Positions 39,192 through 49,793 are shown, numbered from the stretch's first letter. The stretch is DNA of 64,000 nt from Candidatus Velthaea sp. (GCA_965214935.1 CBDCCS010000010.1:160001-224000), one strand, 5' to 3'. Notes: generated from the sequence alone by a model not told the origin. Translations and numbers: made by a program.

Positions 39192-40006
39192 CGCAGCAGC
39201 TCGCATCACCCGCCGCCGTACCGGTGCTCGCCGCGCGCGACATTTCAAAGCGCTTCGGCAACGTCATCGCCTTGCAACACATCGATTTCGAGCTTTATCC
39301 GGGCGAGATTCTCGCGCTCATCGGCGACAACGGCGCGGGTAAATCGACGCTCATAAAAATCTTGTCCGGAACGCTCGCGCCCGACAGCGGAACGCTGCTC
39401 TTGCGCGGCAATCCCGTCACGTTCGGCGGGCCGCGCGACGCGCGCGAAGCCGGCATTGAAACGGTCTATCAGGACCTGGCACTTGCGCCGGACCTCGACG
39501 TTCCGGCCAATCTCTTCCTCGGCCGCGAAATCAAGCGCAGCGGACTGCTCGGGATATTCGATGTGCTCGACATTCGTGCCATGCGCAATCGCGCGCAAGC
39601 GCATCTCGACGGGCTCGGCGTAAAAATTAAATCGATCGACCAGCGAGTCGACACGTTATCGGGCGGCCAGCGCCAATCCGTCGCCGTATCGCGGTCCGTT
39701 TTTTGGGGTCGCGACGTCGTTATCATGGACGAACCGACCGCGGCGCTCAGCGTCGCTCAAGCCGCGCTCGTGCTCGGCTTGATCAAACGCGTGCGCGATG
39801 CCGGAACACCGGTCGTCCTCATCAGCCACAACTTACCGCACGTTTTCGAAGCCGCGGACCGGATGATCGTCCTGCGGCATGGATCGCGCGTCGGTACGCT
39901 CGATCCGAAGACATCGACGATGGAGCAGGCCGTGAGCCTGATGACCGGCGCATTGGGCTCCGCGACATCGGCACGCGAAGCCGTCGCGCGCGAGGCCGAC
40001 GAGTAG
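39188..40006 (+). CDS. Sugar ABC transporter ATP-binding protein (single domain)
   Basis: GDNGAGKST, VYQDLAL, LSGGQRQ, MDEPT, ISHN. Confidence 0.94.
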   Translation: MTQQLASPAAVPVLAARDISKRFGNVIALQHIDFELYPGEILALIGDNGAGKSTLIKILSGTLAPDSGTLLLRGNPVTFGGPRDAREAGIETVYQDLALAPDLDVPANLFLGREIKRSGLLGIFDVLDIRAMRNRAQAHLDGLGVKIKSIDQRVDTLSGGQRQSVAVSRSVFWGRDVVIMDEPTAALSVAQAALVLGLIKRVRDAGTPVVLISHNLPHVFEAADRMIVLRHGSRVGTLDPKTSTMEQAVSLMTGALGSATSAREAVAREADE

Positions 40007-40011
40007 CGCGC

Positions 40012-40164
40012 CTAAACGTCGTCGATCGGCATGCCGGCGCCGCCAAGCGACTCCGTATCATCGACGGCCGTGCTGCCGGCGGCGTTCGAGTCCGGCGGCT
40101 CGAGCGGCGGCCGGTCGGCCATTCGTTCGCGCGTATTTGCCGTGCTTTCGAGTTCGTTCTCCAT
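40012..40164 (-). CDS. Putative 50-aa acidic, low-complexity small protein
   Basis: MENELESTANTRERMADRPPLEPPDSNAAGSTAVDDTESLGGAGMPIDDV fills an otherwise empty gap; no family recognised. Confidence 0.45.
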   Translation of the reverse strand: MENELESTANTRERMADRPPLEPPDSNAAGSTAVDDTESLGGAGMPIDDV

Positions 40165-40259
40165 CGACAGCGTTCGTACCCGACATCGGCTCCTCGACAC
40201 GTTCGCCCGGTGTGGTGCGGGCGCCGGCCGAGCCGGCCGGTCACGGGGTATAGCGGCGT

Positions 40260-40769
40260 ATGATGAAGGTTGCGTTCGCATCGCTGCTCCTGCTGACGGC
40301 CGCCCTCGGCGCGAGCGCCGGCGCCGCACAGACGCAGCGGCTTGAAATCGTGGTGCATGGCGACGGCGCGCGCGCGACACAATTGCCGCAATATGACGCG
40401 GCGGCGCCGATCGTCGTCAGCGTGCGTGATTCGGGCGGACAGCATGCCGACGCCGTCAGTGTCGCCGCTTCCGGTCCGCAGGGCGAGTCGGTTGTCGCCG
40501 ATCTCACGCGAGCCGACGATGGTTCGTTCGGCGGCACCGTTACGCTCGGCGATCCCGGCGCCTGGCAGGTACGGTTGACGTCGCGGCTGGGCGCAACGCA
40601 GACCCAAACACTTCCCGTCACGCTCAGCGTCATCGCCGTCCCGCCCTCGAATGCCTGGCTAACCGGGCTGGCCGTTGGGGCCGGTATCTTTGCCGTTATC
40701 GGTATCGGCGGATTTCTGTTGCTGCGGCGTTTGCTCGAAACAGCCGAACCGGAAGCGTCGGGCGCTTAG
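40260..40769 (+). CDS. Secreted beta-sandwich (YtkA/FixH-like) protein with a C-terminal membrane anchor
   Basis: Signal peptide AGA/A; DGSFGGTVTLGDPGAWQVRL; C-terminal TM followed by RR. Confidence 0.65.
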   Translation: MMKVAFASLLLLTAALGASAGAAQTQRLEIVVHGDGARATQLPQYDAAAPIVVSVRDSGGQHADAVSVAASGPQGESVVADLTRADDGSFGGTVTLGDPGAWQVRLTSRLGATQTQTLPVTLSVIAVPPSNAWLTGLAVGAGIFAVIGIGGFLLLRRLLETAEPEASGA

Positions 40770-40809
40770 GTCGGCAACGACGTCGAGCGCGGCTTGCTAG
40801 CGCTGCAGA

Positions 40810-41229
40810 TTACGAAACGTAACTTACGTTAACGCTGTAACCGACGGCTTCCGCCTGCTGCAAGACGCCTAAGACGTTATCGATATCGGCATCGATCGCG
40901 ACGATCTCACCGGCGCTGATGCCGACCGGCGCTGCGTTGCGCCATAGCACGCGCCGCGCGGTTTGAAAGGCTGCTCGCAATCGTTGCGGCGATGCTTCGA
41001 GGACCGGCCAATCTTCGTACGAAGCGGCCGGGACGATGCGCCAGCCGTCACCGGAATTCATGCTCTCGTCGGTGAAGGCGTGCGGAATGGCAGCGAGCAT
41101 GTCGAGCTGCACCCGATCGTCGGCGCTCACGGCGATTTCCGAATCGCCCAACCGCAAGACATACCGATAGAACGACGTGTTCGCCACCGTGCACATGCCG
41201 GCCGGGCTACCGACGTTCACATGAATCAT
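40810..41229 (-). CDS. Hypothetical protein (139 aa)
   Basis: Co-directional ORF downstream of thrB with protein-like composition. Confidence 0.65.
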   Translation of the reverse strand: MIHVNVGSPAGMCTVANTSFYRYVLRLGDSEIAVSADDRVQLDMLAAIPHAFTDESMNSGDGWRIVPAASYEDWPVLEASPQRLRAAFQTARRVLWRNAAPVGISAGEIVAIDADIDNVLGVLQQAEAVGYSVNVSYVS

Positions 41230-41293
41230 TGTCGTGCAGCGTTCGCGTGACCACCACGTGCCCCTCTGTCGGTTGCGGCGACGATGCGTGCGC

Positions 41294-42193
41294 TCAAGCG
41301 CCGATCAAACCGCGCTGCGCGATCGCCAGATCGAACGTGCGACTGCTGATCGCGTTGCGGGTAAAAACTTCGGCGATGGCTGCGCCGATCGGGGAATCCA
41401 CCGTGCGAACGAGCGCGATGACCGACGGTCCGGCGCCCGAAAGGGCGATGCCGTAAAGATCCGGTCCGTCGAGTGCGATCATATCCGAAAGGCCCGGCAC
41501 GAAGCCGGCGCGGTATGGCTGATGGATGCGGTCGCGCATCGCCGCGTGCAAAAGGTCGTAGCGGCCCGAGGCAAGCGCCGCAGCCAGCAGTGCGGCCCGG
41601 CCGATGTTGTAGACGGCGTCGCGACGGCTATAACTCGTGGGCAGGATCGCCCGCGCTTGCACGGTCGGCATCTCGATTTGCGGTACCACGACCACGGCCC
41701 GCATTTCGGCCGGAGCCGGAAACCGAATGTAGGCCGGCACTTCACCCGGTGCTTGCGCGGCGACGACGATACCGCCCAGCAGCGCCGGGATGCCGTTATC
41801 GGGATGGCCCTCGATGTCGGCGATCGTTTGCGCGAGTTCTTCTTCATCGGCGTGGCTGCCGCGCAACCGGGCGCCGATCGCCACACCGAGCACCGCGGCT
41901 GCGGCACTCCCGCCGAGCCCTTTGCCCAGTGGAATATCGTTGGTGACCGCGATGTCGAGCGGCGGCAGCATGCGTGCACCGGCGATGCGCGCGATGCCGC
42001 GCGCGATCTCATCGCGCAGACCGTCGTGCGTCGGCGGATATTCGCCGTCGAAGGTCCAGCGCGGCGTCTCGCCGCCGCTGAGTACGGTAACCCGGGCGCT
42101 GATTCGCAATTCGAGCGCCAGCCCGACCGAGTCGAAACCGGGGCCGAGATTCGCGCTGGAAGCCGGAACCGAAAGGCGAAACGCCTCATACAC
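41294..42193 (-). CDS. thrB: Homoserine kinase
   Basis: VPASSANLGPGFD, IPLGKGLGGSAA, EGHPDN, DRIHQPYR, LSGAGPS. Confidence 0.94.
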   Translation of the reverse strand: MYEAFRLSVPASSANLGPGFDSVGLALELRISARVTVLSGGETPRWTFDGEYPPTHDGLRDEIARGIARIAGARMLPPLDIAVTNDIPLGKGLGGSAAAAVLGVAIGARLRGSHADEEELAQTIADIEGHPDNGIPALLGGIVVAAQAPGEVPAYIRFPAPAEMRAVVVVPQIEMPTVQARAILPTSYSRRDAVYNIGRAALLAAALASGRYDLLHAAMRDRIHQPYRAGFVPGLSDMIALDGPDLYGIALSGAGPSVIALVRTVDSPIGAAIAEVFTRNAISSRTFDLAIAQRGLIGA

Positions 42194-43451
42194 CGGCGCG
42201 TGACGCGGCCAGTTCGTCGATGCGTGCAAATAGCTCGCCGGCCGATTGAGTGTGCACGATTCGATTGGCGTAGGCGGCCGAACTGCCGTGATAAGCCGCC
42301 GCGTACGCCGTATCTTTTAGGACGTGGCCCGTGAGCACCAGCACGACGTCGGCTGCACGGCCGATGAGACCGCTGGTCACGAGTACTTTGAGTCCGGCCA
42401 AGGACGCCGCCGATGCGGGCTCGCAGCCGATGCCGTCGCGTCCGATCACCGCACGCGCATCGGCGATCGCCGCATCGTCGACTGCAAGCACGGTCCCGTC
42501 GGAGCCGCGGACTTCGCGCAAGGCTTTCTTCCACGATGCCGGCGCACCGATCTTGATCGCCGTTGCGGTGGTTTGCGCTTTTACCGGCACGAGATCCCCG
42601 CCGCCGGCAAAGACGTGCGCGAACGGCGCCGCTCCGGCCGCTTGCACGACCGCGATACGCGGTAACCGGTCGATCAGGCCCAGTTCGAGCGCTTCTCGAA
42701 AACCTTTACCGAACGCGCTCGAATTGCCGAGATTGCCGCCCGGTAAGATCAGCCAGTCGGGGACGCGCCATTGACGCTGTTCGAGCATCACCAGCGCGGC
42801 GGTTTTCTGACCCTCGATCCGATACGGGTTGACGCTGTTGACAATCGCAACTCGACGCGGATCGAGCTGCCGAACGAGTGCCAGCGCTGCGTCGAAATCA
42901 CCGTCGATGCCGAGGACGGTTGCGCCGTAATCGAGGGTTTGGGCGACTTTCGATTCGCTGATGCCCGTCGAGGGCACGAGCACGACCGCGCCGATACCGG
43001 CACGCGCGGCATATGCCGCCATCGACGCGGCGGTATTGCCGGTGCTGGCACAAATCGCGAGCTGCGCGCCGCGCTGGACGGCGTGCGTAAGCGCGACGGT
43101 CATCCCGGCGTCCTTAAAGGAACCGGTCGGATTCATGCCCAGGTGCAGGTATGCCGCGCCGTCGACACCGGCATACGATGCGCCGCCCGGAGCGGCATAC
43201 AGCGGCACGTCGTTTTCGCGCAACGTCACGATCCGCTCGGCGTCGAGCTCAGGCAGCAGTTCGCGAAAACGCCAGACCCCGCTGCGATCGCGGTGGTCGT
43301 TCGACCGGCGGCGTTCGCTCAACAACGTACGTAGCGCCGCGCCGTCGACCGGTGCCTGCCGCAGCTCGAAGACCAACAGCCCGCCGCACGCTGCACAAAA
43401 TAGTGCATCGTCACCGGCCGGCGTACCGCAGTCGCTACACACAAGCGTCAC
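42186..43451 (-). CDS. thrC: Threonine synthase
   Basis: N-terminal CxxC..CxxC, NPTGSFKD, ASTGNT, NSVNPYRIEGQKT, EPASAA, LTGH.LKD. Confidence 0.94.
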   Translation of the reverse strand: MTLVCSDCGTPAGDDALFCAACGGLLVFELRQAPVDGAALRTLLSERRRSNDHRDRSGVWRFRELLPELDAERIVTLRENDVPLYAAPGGASYAGVDGAAYLHLGMNPTGSFKDAGMTVALTHAVQRGAQLAICASTGNTAASMAAYAARAGIGAVVLVPSTGISESKVAQTLDYGATVLGIDGDFDAALALVRQLDPRRVAIVNSVNPYRIEGQKTAALVMLEQRQWRVPDWLILPGGNLGNSSAFGKGFREALELGLIDRLPRIAVVQAAGAAPFAHVFAGGGDLVPVKAQTTATAIKIGAPASWKKALREVRGSDGTVLAVDDAAIADARAVIGRDGIGCEPASAASLAGLKVLVTSGLIGRAADVVLVLTGHVLKDTAYAAAYHGSSAAYANRIVHTQSAGELFARIDELAASRAGV

Positions 43452-43462
43452 GTCCGCGTCTC

Positions 43463-45166
43463 CTAGTTCGGCCGGGTGATTGCGCCTTCGGACGCCGACG
43501 TTACCTGCGCGGCATATTTCGCAAACACGCCGCTGGTATAATTCGGCGGCGGCTTTTTCCAGGCGGCCATGCGCCGGTCGCGTTCGGCGGCGCTCAATTC
43601 AACATCGATCCGGCGATTGTCGATGTCGATCGTTACGATATCGCCGTCGTGCAGCGCCGCAATCGGACCGCCGACCGCGGCTTCGGGCGAAATATGACCG
43701 ATCATGAGACCGCGAGTCGCGCCGCTGAAACGCCCGTCGGTCAACAGCGCGACGCTCTCGCCCAGCCCTTGGCCGACGATCGCCCCGGTTATCCCCAGCA
43801 TTTCACGCATGCCGGGACCGCCTTTAGGCCCTTCGTAGCGAATGACCACAACGTCGCCCGCGACGATCCGGCGTGCGTCGATTGCCGCCATTGCATCTTC
43901 TTCCCGATTGAACACGCGCGCCGGTCCGCGATGATACGACCGCTCGTGGCCGGCAACCTTGACCACGCCGCCCTCCGGAGCGACGTCGCCGCGCATGATC
44001 ACGATGCCGCCGCTGGTCTTGAACGGACGATCGGCGGTCGTGACGACGAGCTGGCCCGGCGATTCAACCGCCAGCGCCGACTCCTGCGCCAGCGTGCGGC
44101 CCGTGGGCGTCATCGTTTCGCCGTGAACGAGATTCGCTTCAACCATTCGTCGCGCAATGAGCTGGATGCCGCCTGCAGCATCGACGTCGGTTGCGACGTA
44201 CTTGCCGCCGGGACGCAGATCCGCCAAGATCGGCGTCCGGCGCGAGATCGAGTCGAAATCGTCGAGCGTCAGCGGGACGCCGGCTTCGCGCGCGAGCGCC
44301 ATCAGATGCAGCACAACGTTGGTCGATCCGCCCGTTCCGGCCGCAGCCGCGATCCCGTTCTCAAACGCGGCGCGGGTCGCAAGGTCGAGCGGCCGGACGT
44401 TGCGCGCGAGCAGATCCATTACGATCTTGCCGGCCCGGTAGGCCTCGTCGGCTTTGCGCGCATCGAGCGCCGGCGGACTGGCGCTGCCGACCGGCGACAG
44501 ACCGAGAAATTCAAACACGGTCGCCATAGTATTCGCCGTGAACTGACCGCCACAGGCGCCGGCGCCGGGACACGCATGATTTTCGATATCGAGCAGTTCG
44601 CGGTCGCTGATCTTGCCTGCCGAGTGCGCGCCGATCGCTTCGTAGACATCGCCGACGGTCAAGTCAACCCCGTTGAAGCGGCCGGGCGCAATCGTTCCAC
44701 CGTAGAGCATAACGGCGGGTGCGTTGAGCCGCATGAGCGCCATCGCGGTGCCCGGACCGGTCTTATCGCAGGCAAACAAGCCGACGATGGCATCGAACAT
44801 GTAACCACGTCCGACGAGTTCGATCGAATCGGCGATCACCTCGCGGCTGACCAGCGACGCTTTCATCCCCTCGGTGCCCATCGTGATACCGTCACTAATT
44901 GCGATGGTATTAAATTCCATCGGCGTACCGCCGGCTTCACGCACGCCGCGTTTGACGTGCTCGACGAGTTCGCGCAAATTGTAACCGCACGGCATCGTTT
45001 CGATCCACGTATGCGCTATTCCGACCAAGGGTTTCGCGAGGTCTTCGTCCGTGAATCCGATTGCTTTGAACATCGCCCGCGCGCCCGCCCGATCGCGTCC
45101 GCTCGTGATCGTACCGCTGTTCCATTTGAGGTTTGCGCCGGTTGATGCGCCGTTCTGCCCGTTCAC
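43463..45166 (-). CDS. ilvD: Dihydroxy-acid dehydratase
   Basis: [55 protein letters not shown]. Confidence 0.95.
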   Translation of the reverse strand: MNGQNGASTGANLKWNSGTITSGRDRAGARAMFKAIGFTDEDLAKPLVGIAHTWIETMPCGYNLRELVEHVKRGVREAGGTPMEFNTIAISDGITMGTEGMKASLVSREVIADSIELVGRGYMFDAIVGLFACDKTGPGTAMALMRLNAPAVMLYGGTIAPGRFNGVDLTVGDVYEAIGAHSAGKISDRELLDIENHACPGAGACGGQFTANTMATVFEFLGLSPVGSASPPALDARKADEAYRAGKIVMDLLARNVRPLDLATRAAFENGIAAAAGTGGSTNVVLHLMALAREAGVPLTLDDFDSISRRTPILADLRPGGKYVATDVDAAGGIQLIARRMVEANLVHGETMTPTGRTLAQESALAVESPGQLVVTTADRPFKTSGGIVIMRGDVAPEGGVVKVAGHERSYHRGPARVFNREEDAMAAIDARRIVAGDVVVIRYEGPKGGPGMREMLGITGAIVGQGLGESVALLTDGRFSGATRGLMIGHISPEAAVGGPIAALHDGDIVTIDIDNRRIDVELSAAERDRRMAAWKKPPPNYTSGVFAKYAAQVTSASEGAITRPN

Positions 45167-45264
45167 TCGAAATCTCCAGCTTTGTCAGTGCGTTGCCGAT
45201 GATCTCTTGTTGTCGGTGGACGGCGCCCACACCCTGCCGCTGCGTTTGCGGCGACCCGGCCGGC

Positions 45265-46968
45265 TTAGTCTTTAGCGATCAGCTGCAATTCTTTGGAGAT
45301 GGTGGATAATTGACTCGAACACTGTTGAACGCTCGACGACAAATTCAGCGATTGATCCGCCATGGCGATGACGGCGGCGACACTCCTGGCGATCTGGACG
45401 CTGCCTTGTGCGGTTTGCGACGAACTACCCGCAATCGCGCGGGTCATCGTCGCTTGCTGCTCGACGGCACTGGCGATCGAGGTTTGTATGCCGCTGATTT
45501 GATTGATGACCGAACTAATGCGCGTGATCGCCGATATCGACGCGCTCGTGCCGGTCACGATAACTTGCACTTTGGCGCTGATATCTTTGATCGCGCGCTG
45601 CGAATCGGTTGCAAGTTTGCGCACTTCGTCGGCGACGACGGCAAAGCCGCGGCCATGTTCGCCGGCGCGCGCGGCTTCAATGGCAGCGTTGAGCGCAAGC
45701 AGGTTCGTTTGATCGGCGATCGATTCGATAACCCGAACGATTTCGCCGACTTGCCGGCTGCCGGCGTCCAGCTGTTCGATCGTTGCGTTCGTTTCCTGGG
45801 CGATGGCAACGGCACCGTCGGCAACTTTGGTCGCGTGTGCGACGCTCTTGCCGATCTCGTTAATCGTCGACGTCATTTCATCGATTGCCGTAGCGACGCG
45901 CTGTGCATTTTGCACGATCTGATCCGAGTAGCCGCCGGTCGTCGCGCAGGCTTGCGAACTTTCGCGCGAATTCGCGGCGAGCGTCGAACTCACGCGATCC
46001 ATCTGACGGGCCGCGTCCAGCAGTGTCTCGACGCCGGCGGCAATCGCGTCGAATGCGGCGACGCGCTGCGCGAGCGTCTGTTGCAGTTCACGTTTGCGCC
46101 GGACGTCATCGTCGATATCTTTGAGCGAGCCGGCAACGCGTAGCGGGTTGCCGGAGCCGTCGCGCAACGTCGTGCCGCAGGCGCGGAACCAGCGATAACC
46201 CGCCGTGCGCGTTTTGAGCTGATACTCGACATCGTACGGCGTCCGGCCGGTGCGATCCATCAAATGAGCCGAAAACGCCGCCAGTGTCGCCGCTTCATGA
46301 TCGGGGTGCAGAAGCGACGCCCAGCTTTTGAGGACGTTGGGGAAATCGCTCGTCGACGAGTATCCCAGCATCGTGCGGAAGCGGTCGGACCACCAGAACG
46401 GCGTGTCGGGCAATATCTCGCCGTTGGCCGGGTAGACCATATCCCAGAGACCTTCAGTCGAGCTTTCGTTGACGAGCTTGAAGCGGATCAGTGCGGTCTC
46501 GAGCTCGTCGGAACGAATCTTTTGATCGGTGATGTCGGTGAGAGATCCGGCGACGCGCAACGGATTGCCGGTCGCATCCCGTAACGTCGTACCGCGGGCG
46601 CGAAACCAGCGATATGCGCCCGAGCGCGTCCGCAGCTGATACTCGACGTCGTAGGGCGTTTTGCCGGTGTGATCGCTTAAATGTTTGGCAAAGCGCTCGA
46701 GCGTGACTGCTTCGTGATCCGGATGCAGCAGCGACGCCCAGCTGCCCAACACATTCGGAAAATCGTTTTCATCGCGGTAGCCGAGCATCTCGCGGAAGCG
46801 CTCCGACCACATGAACGGCGTTTGCGCGCCGATTTTTCCATCCGCGGGATAGATCATATCCCAGAGGCCGTCGCTCGAGCTTCGATTGACCAAATCGAAA
46901 CGGACGAGTGCTGCTTCGAGCTCGGTTTGCAAAGACGCTCGACGGCCGAATGGAAACCAACGTGACAT
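45265..46968 (-). CDS. Soluble methyl-accepting chemotaxis protein with two PAS_3 domains
   Basis: [37 protein letters not shown]; two PAS/PAC repeats; no TM segment. Confidence 0.93.
   Translation of the reverse strand: MSRWFPFGRRASLQTELEAALVRFDLVNRSSSDGLWDMIYPADGKIGAQTPFMWSERFREMLGYRDENDFPNVLGSWASLLHPDHEAVTLERFAKHLSDHTGKTPYDVEYQLRTRSGAYRWFRARGTTLRDATGNPLRVAGSLTDITDQKIRSDELETALIRFKLVNESSTEGLWDMVYPANGEILPDTPFWWSDRFRTMLGYSSTSDFPNVLKSWASLLHPDHEAATLAAFSAHLMDRTGRTPYDVEYQLKTRTAGYRWFRACGTTLRDGSGNPLRVAGSLKDIDDDVRRKRELQQTLAQRVAAFDAIAAGVETLLDAARQMDRVSSTLAANSRESSQACATTGGYSDQIVQNAQRVATAIDEMTSTINEIGKSVAHATKVADGAVAIAQETNATIEQLDAGSRQVGEIVRVIESIADQTNLLALNAAIEAARAGEHGRGFAVVADEVRKLATDSQRAIKDISAKVQVIVTGTSASISAITRISSVINQISGIQTSIASAVEQQATMTRAIAGSSSQTAQGSVQIARSVAAVIAMADQSLNLSSSVQQCSSQLSTISKELQLIAKD
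46090..46923 (-). repeat. Intragenic tandem duplication of about 417 bp (139-aa PAS unit)
   Basis: Units 46507-46923 and 46090-46506 share [46 protein letters not shown]. Confidence 0.85.
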
Positions 46969-47143
46969 GCTCTTCTCCGAAGCGGTGACCGGGCGTAAAA
47001 CGCGGGCACCTAAAAGCGTCGGAGAACGGTGCGCAAAAAGTGAGGCGGAACGGGCGTCTACGTTGTAATGAGCGTGTAAGACACCCGCCCGACGGATGAA
47101 GCGCCGGCGCTATTTGCAAAGCTTCGTTTAAGGAAGATGCCGC

Positions 47144-48415
47144 ATGTTCGAAGCACAGATCGTACGCGATATGCTCGTTGCTCCGGCGCTGGCCGATCCC
47201 CGGCTGGCCGCGCACGCGGCTCTTGCGCCGGTCATCGACGGCCGTATCGCGCGCGGCGCGCGCGTTGCGATCACCGCGGGCAGTCGCGGAATTGCAAATA
47301 TCGCGCTGTTGCTGCGCGGTTTGGCGGACGCTGTCCGCGACGCCGGCGGCGAGCCGTTTTTCGTCGCGGCGATGGGATCGCACGGCGGCGGCACCGGCGC
47401 CGGACAGCGGGCAATGCTGGCCGGACTCGGCGTGACCGAAGCGACGGCAGGCGCGCCGATCGAGAGTGAAATGGACGTCCTCGAAGTCGGCACGACGGTC
47501 AGCGGGATCCGCGTGTATTGCGATGCCGTTGCAGCGCGAGCCGATGCAATCGTGATCGCCGGGCGAGTCAAGCCGCACACGGACTTCAGCGGCGCAATCG
47601 AGAGTGGAATACTCAAAATGGCGGCCATCGGTCTAGGCAAAGCCGTCGGGGCGGCGGCCTATCACGCGGCGTTCTTACAGCTCGGTTACGAGAAGATCAT
47701 CCGCGAAGTGGCGGCCGTCCAGTTTGCCCGGCTGCCGATCGTGGCCGGCGTCGGTATCGTCGAAGACCATCGCGGTAACACGCACGCCGTCGAGGCGTTT
47801 CCCGCCGCCCAGATCGTCGTCAATGAAGAACGGCTGCTGCAACGTGCACGCCAACTGCTGTGCGTGCTGCCGTTTGCCGAACTCGATCTGCTCGTCGTCG
47901 ATGAAATGGGCAAGAACCTGTCGGGCGCCGGCATGGATACAAACGTGACGGCGCGCGCCGTCGACGGACGGACCCAAAAAGTGCCGGCGCCGTTGATTCG
48001 GCAGTTATTCGTGCGCGATTTGAGCGAACAATCGCACGGCAACGCGAATGGAGTGGGCTTAGCGGACTTTTGCCTGCGCCGGCTCGCCGACAAAATAGAT
48101 TGGCAAGCCACGTATCTTAATGCGCTCACTGCCGCCCAGCCGGCGAGTGCGCGGCTGCCGGTCGTCTGCGGAACGGATCGCGAAGCCGTTCACCACGCGC
48201 TCGTCGCCGCCGGTGTCGAACGGATCTCCGATGCGCGCGTCGCACGAATAAAAAACACGTTGCATCTCGAGTCGATGGTTGTCTCGCAAGCCGCGCTTGC
48301 AACGCTGAGGGGCGGCGAACGCTATGCCGTCAGCGGACCCTCGACGGGTCTTTACCTCGGTGCAGGCGATTCGTTCGAGCCGTATCCGAGCGATGCGGTC
48401 GGAACAACGCCGTGA
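47144..48415 (+). CDS. Lactate racemase (LarA N-terminal / DUF2088-like) domain protein
   Basis: ITAGSRGIANI, AMGSHGG, RVKPHTDF, ESG.LKM..IGLGK, GKN.SG.GMD.NV, HGNA.G.GLAD, IKNTL. Confidence 0.8.
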   Translation: MFEAQIVRDMLVAPALADPRLAAHAALAPVIDGRIARGARVAITAGSRGIANIALLLRGLADAVRDAGGEPFFVAAMGSHGGGTGAGQRAMLAGLGVTEATAGAPIESEMDVLEVGTTVSGIRVYCDAVAARADAIVIAGRVKPHTDFSGAIESGILKMAAIGLGKAVGAAAYHAAFLQLGYEKIIREVAAVQFARLPIVAGVGIVEDHRGNTHAVEAFPAAQIVVNEERLLQRARQLLCVLPFAELDLLVVDEMGKNLSGAGMDTNVTARAVDGRTQKVPAPLIRQLFVRDLSEQSHGNANGVGLADFCLRRLADKIDWQATYLNALTAAQPASARLPVVCGTDREAVHHALVAAGVERISDARVARIKNTLHLESMVVSQAALATLRGGERYAVSGPSTGLYLGAGDSFEPYPSDAVGTTP

Positions 48416-48431
48416 TTTCTACGACTGCGAG

Positions 48432-48803
48432 CTACAGGTCGCCGACCCGAGCACCGTCAACGACGGCGTCATCGAGGGTCGGATACACCGACAAAACTTT
48501 CAACAATCCGGTGATGCGCAGCAAGCGTAGAATTTGACCTTCTTTGACGACAAGCCGAACGTCGCCGCCGAATTCTTTGGCGCGCCGCTGTGCGCCGATG
48601 AGCGCACCGAGTCCGGTCGAATCGAGGAAATCGACTTTCATCAAATCCACGATTAATTTATGATCGCCGCGTTCGGACGCTTCGACGAGCGATGCGCGAA
48701 CCGTCGGCGACGTAGCAATATCGAGGCTGCCGGTTAAATCGAATACGCTCATTCCGCCATGCACGTGAACGTGAATCGAAAGGTCTTCATGATGGAGATT
48801 CAT
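48432..48803 (-). CDS. STAS domain anti-sigma factor antagonist (RsbV/SpoIIAA-like)
   Basis: G.LDIAT, VDFLDSTGLG (phosphorylatable Ser), LRITGL. Confidence 0.9.
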   Translation of the reverse strand: MNLHHEDLSIHVHVHGGMSVFDLTGSLDIATSPTVRASLVEASERGDHKLIVDLMKVDFLDSTGLGALIGAQRRAKEFGGDVRLVVKEGQILRLLRITGLLKVLSVYPTLDDAVVDGARVGDL

Positions 48804-48811
48804 AGCCGATG

Positions 48812-49171
48812 TTATCCTTCGTATTCCCGCCATCGGGCGATGGCACCGCTGGGCTCGAACGTCACTATAGCGCATCCGGCGCGTTCGCGCCAAACGCCCC
48901 CTGCGCCTTCGAGCGCAAAACGGTAGACAATACAGGCCGTTTGCTGCTCGACGATCGTCTCGTCGAGCTCGAACCGCCAGCGCGGACCGTCACGAAAAAA
49001 TCTGGTAAAGTGCGCGACTAACGCGTCCCGGCCGGCAAGTGCGGTGCCGCCGGCCTCGCGGTAACTACCGGTCTCGCTAAAATAAGCGGCGGCACGCCAC
49101 GCATCACCGCTGCGCCAAGCATCGATAAGTCCGCGCAAAACGTCGCGGCGATCCGGCGGCACGTTCGTCAT
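48812..49171 (-). CDS. SnoaL/NTF2-like domain protein
   Basis: AW..GD...A.YF, GRDAL..HF, G.I..WREY. Confidence 0.8.
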   Translation of the reverse strand: MTNVPPDRRDVLRGLIDAWRSGDAWRAAAYFSETGSYREAGGTALAGRDALVAHFTRFFRDGPRWRFELDETIVEQQTACIVYRFALEGAGGVWRERAGCAIVTFEPSGAIARWREYEG

Positions 49172-49210
49172 CGGCAACGTACTTTCGTACGCCGACCGGC
49201 AATAGATATG

Positions 49211-49283
49211 CTGGGGCGGCTGGACTCGAACCAACGCATGCCAGAGTCAAAGTCTGGTGCCTTACCAACTTGGCGACGCCCCA
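49211..49283 (-). tRNA. tRNA-Gln (anticodon TTG), CCA not encoded
   Basis: TGGGGCG/CGCCCCA acceptor stem, D-arm GCCAAGTTGGTAAGGC, CCAGA-CTTTGAC-TCTGG anticodon arm, GGTTCGAGTCC T-arm. Confidence 0.97.
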
Positions 49284-49355
49284 ACGGCCGATCCATAGCG
49301 ATTGGACCAACGCAAGACGATTCGCGTCCCCGCGGCCCGTTCCTCGAAACCGGCC

Positions 49356-49793
49356 TTATGGTGCGCGCAAACGGAACAGCGCGTCGACCAACGGCGTAAC
49401 GAGCGGAATGCTGAAGAGTTCGCCGCGCGCCGCGCGCGCCGCATAGCGCGCGGCGCACACGACGAACCCGATTGCAGCAGCGATATCGACGCTTAAGGCA
49501 ACGCCGTATATGTCGATCGTCACTTGCGACGAGAGCGCCGGAAAACCGATGACGGCGATGAGCGGCACGGCCAGGACGCACACGAAGATAAGCGATCCGA
49601 GCGAACCGAAAACGAGAGCTTGGCGCGCATGGAGACGCGTCCAAATTGATTCCGAATCAGTTTCGCGAATCAAATTTGCAGCGGCAAGCGGCCACAGTAA
49701 GTAGCCGGTCGCTGCACGTCGCTGATCTTCGAGCGGATTACGAACCGACGACGCGTTTTGCTCCCACGTATCGCGGCGCCCAATATCTGTCAT
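49356..49793 (-). CDS. Membrane protein, DUF4870-like (start uncertain)
   Basis: Three hydrophobic segments with HARQAL and A.RGELF.IPLV patterns; the nearest ATG overlaps the 3' end of the NlpC gene. Confidence 0.6.
   Translation of the reverse strand: MTDIGRRDTWEQNASSVRNPLEDQRRAATGYLLWPLAAANLIRETDSESIWTRLHARQALVFGSLGSLIFVCVLAVPLIAVIGFPALSSQVTIDIYGVALSVDIAAAIGFVVCAARYAARAARGELFSIPLVTPLVDALFRLRAP

Noticed and set aside
43151..45145. 664-aa plus-strand ORF
   Set aside because: Antisense shadow of ilvD in GC-rich DNA; no motifs. The same applies to most overlapping ORFs in the track.
45167..45264. T-box or leader-peptide attenuator upstream of ilvD-thrC-thrB
   Set aside because: Only 98 bp, with no T-box motif, no Ile/Val/Thr-rich leader and no terminator.
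49171..49283. tRNA-Gln as an integration site for the recombinase at 34108
   Set aside because: I saw no duplicated tRNA 3' end, and the intervening DNA holds core genes (ilvD, thrC, thrB, ilvA).
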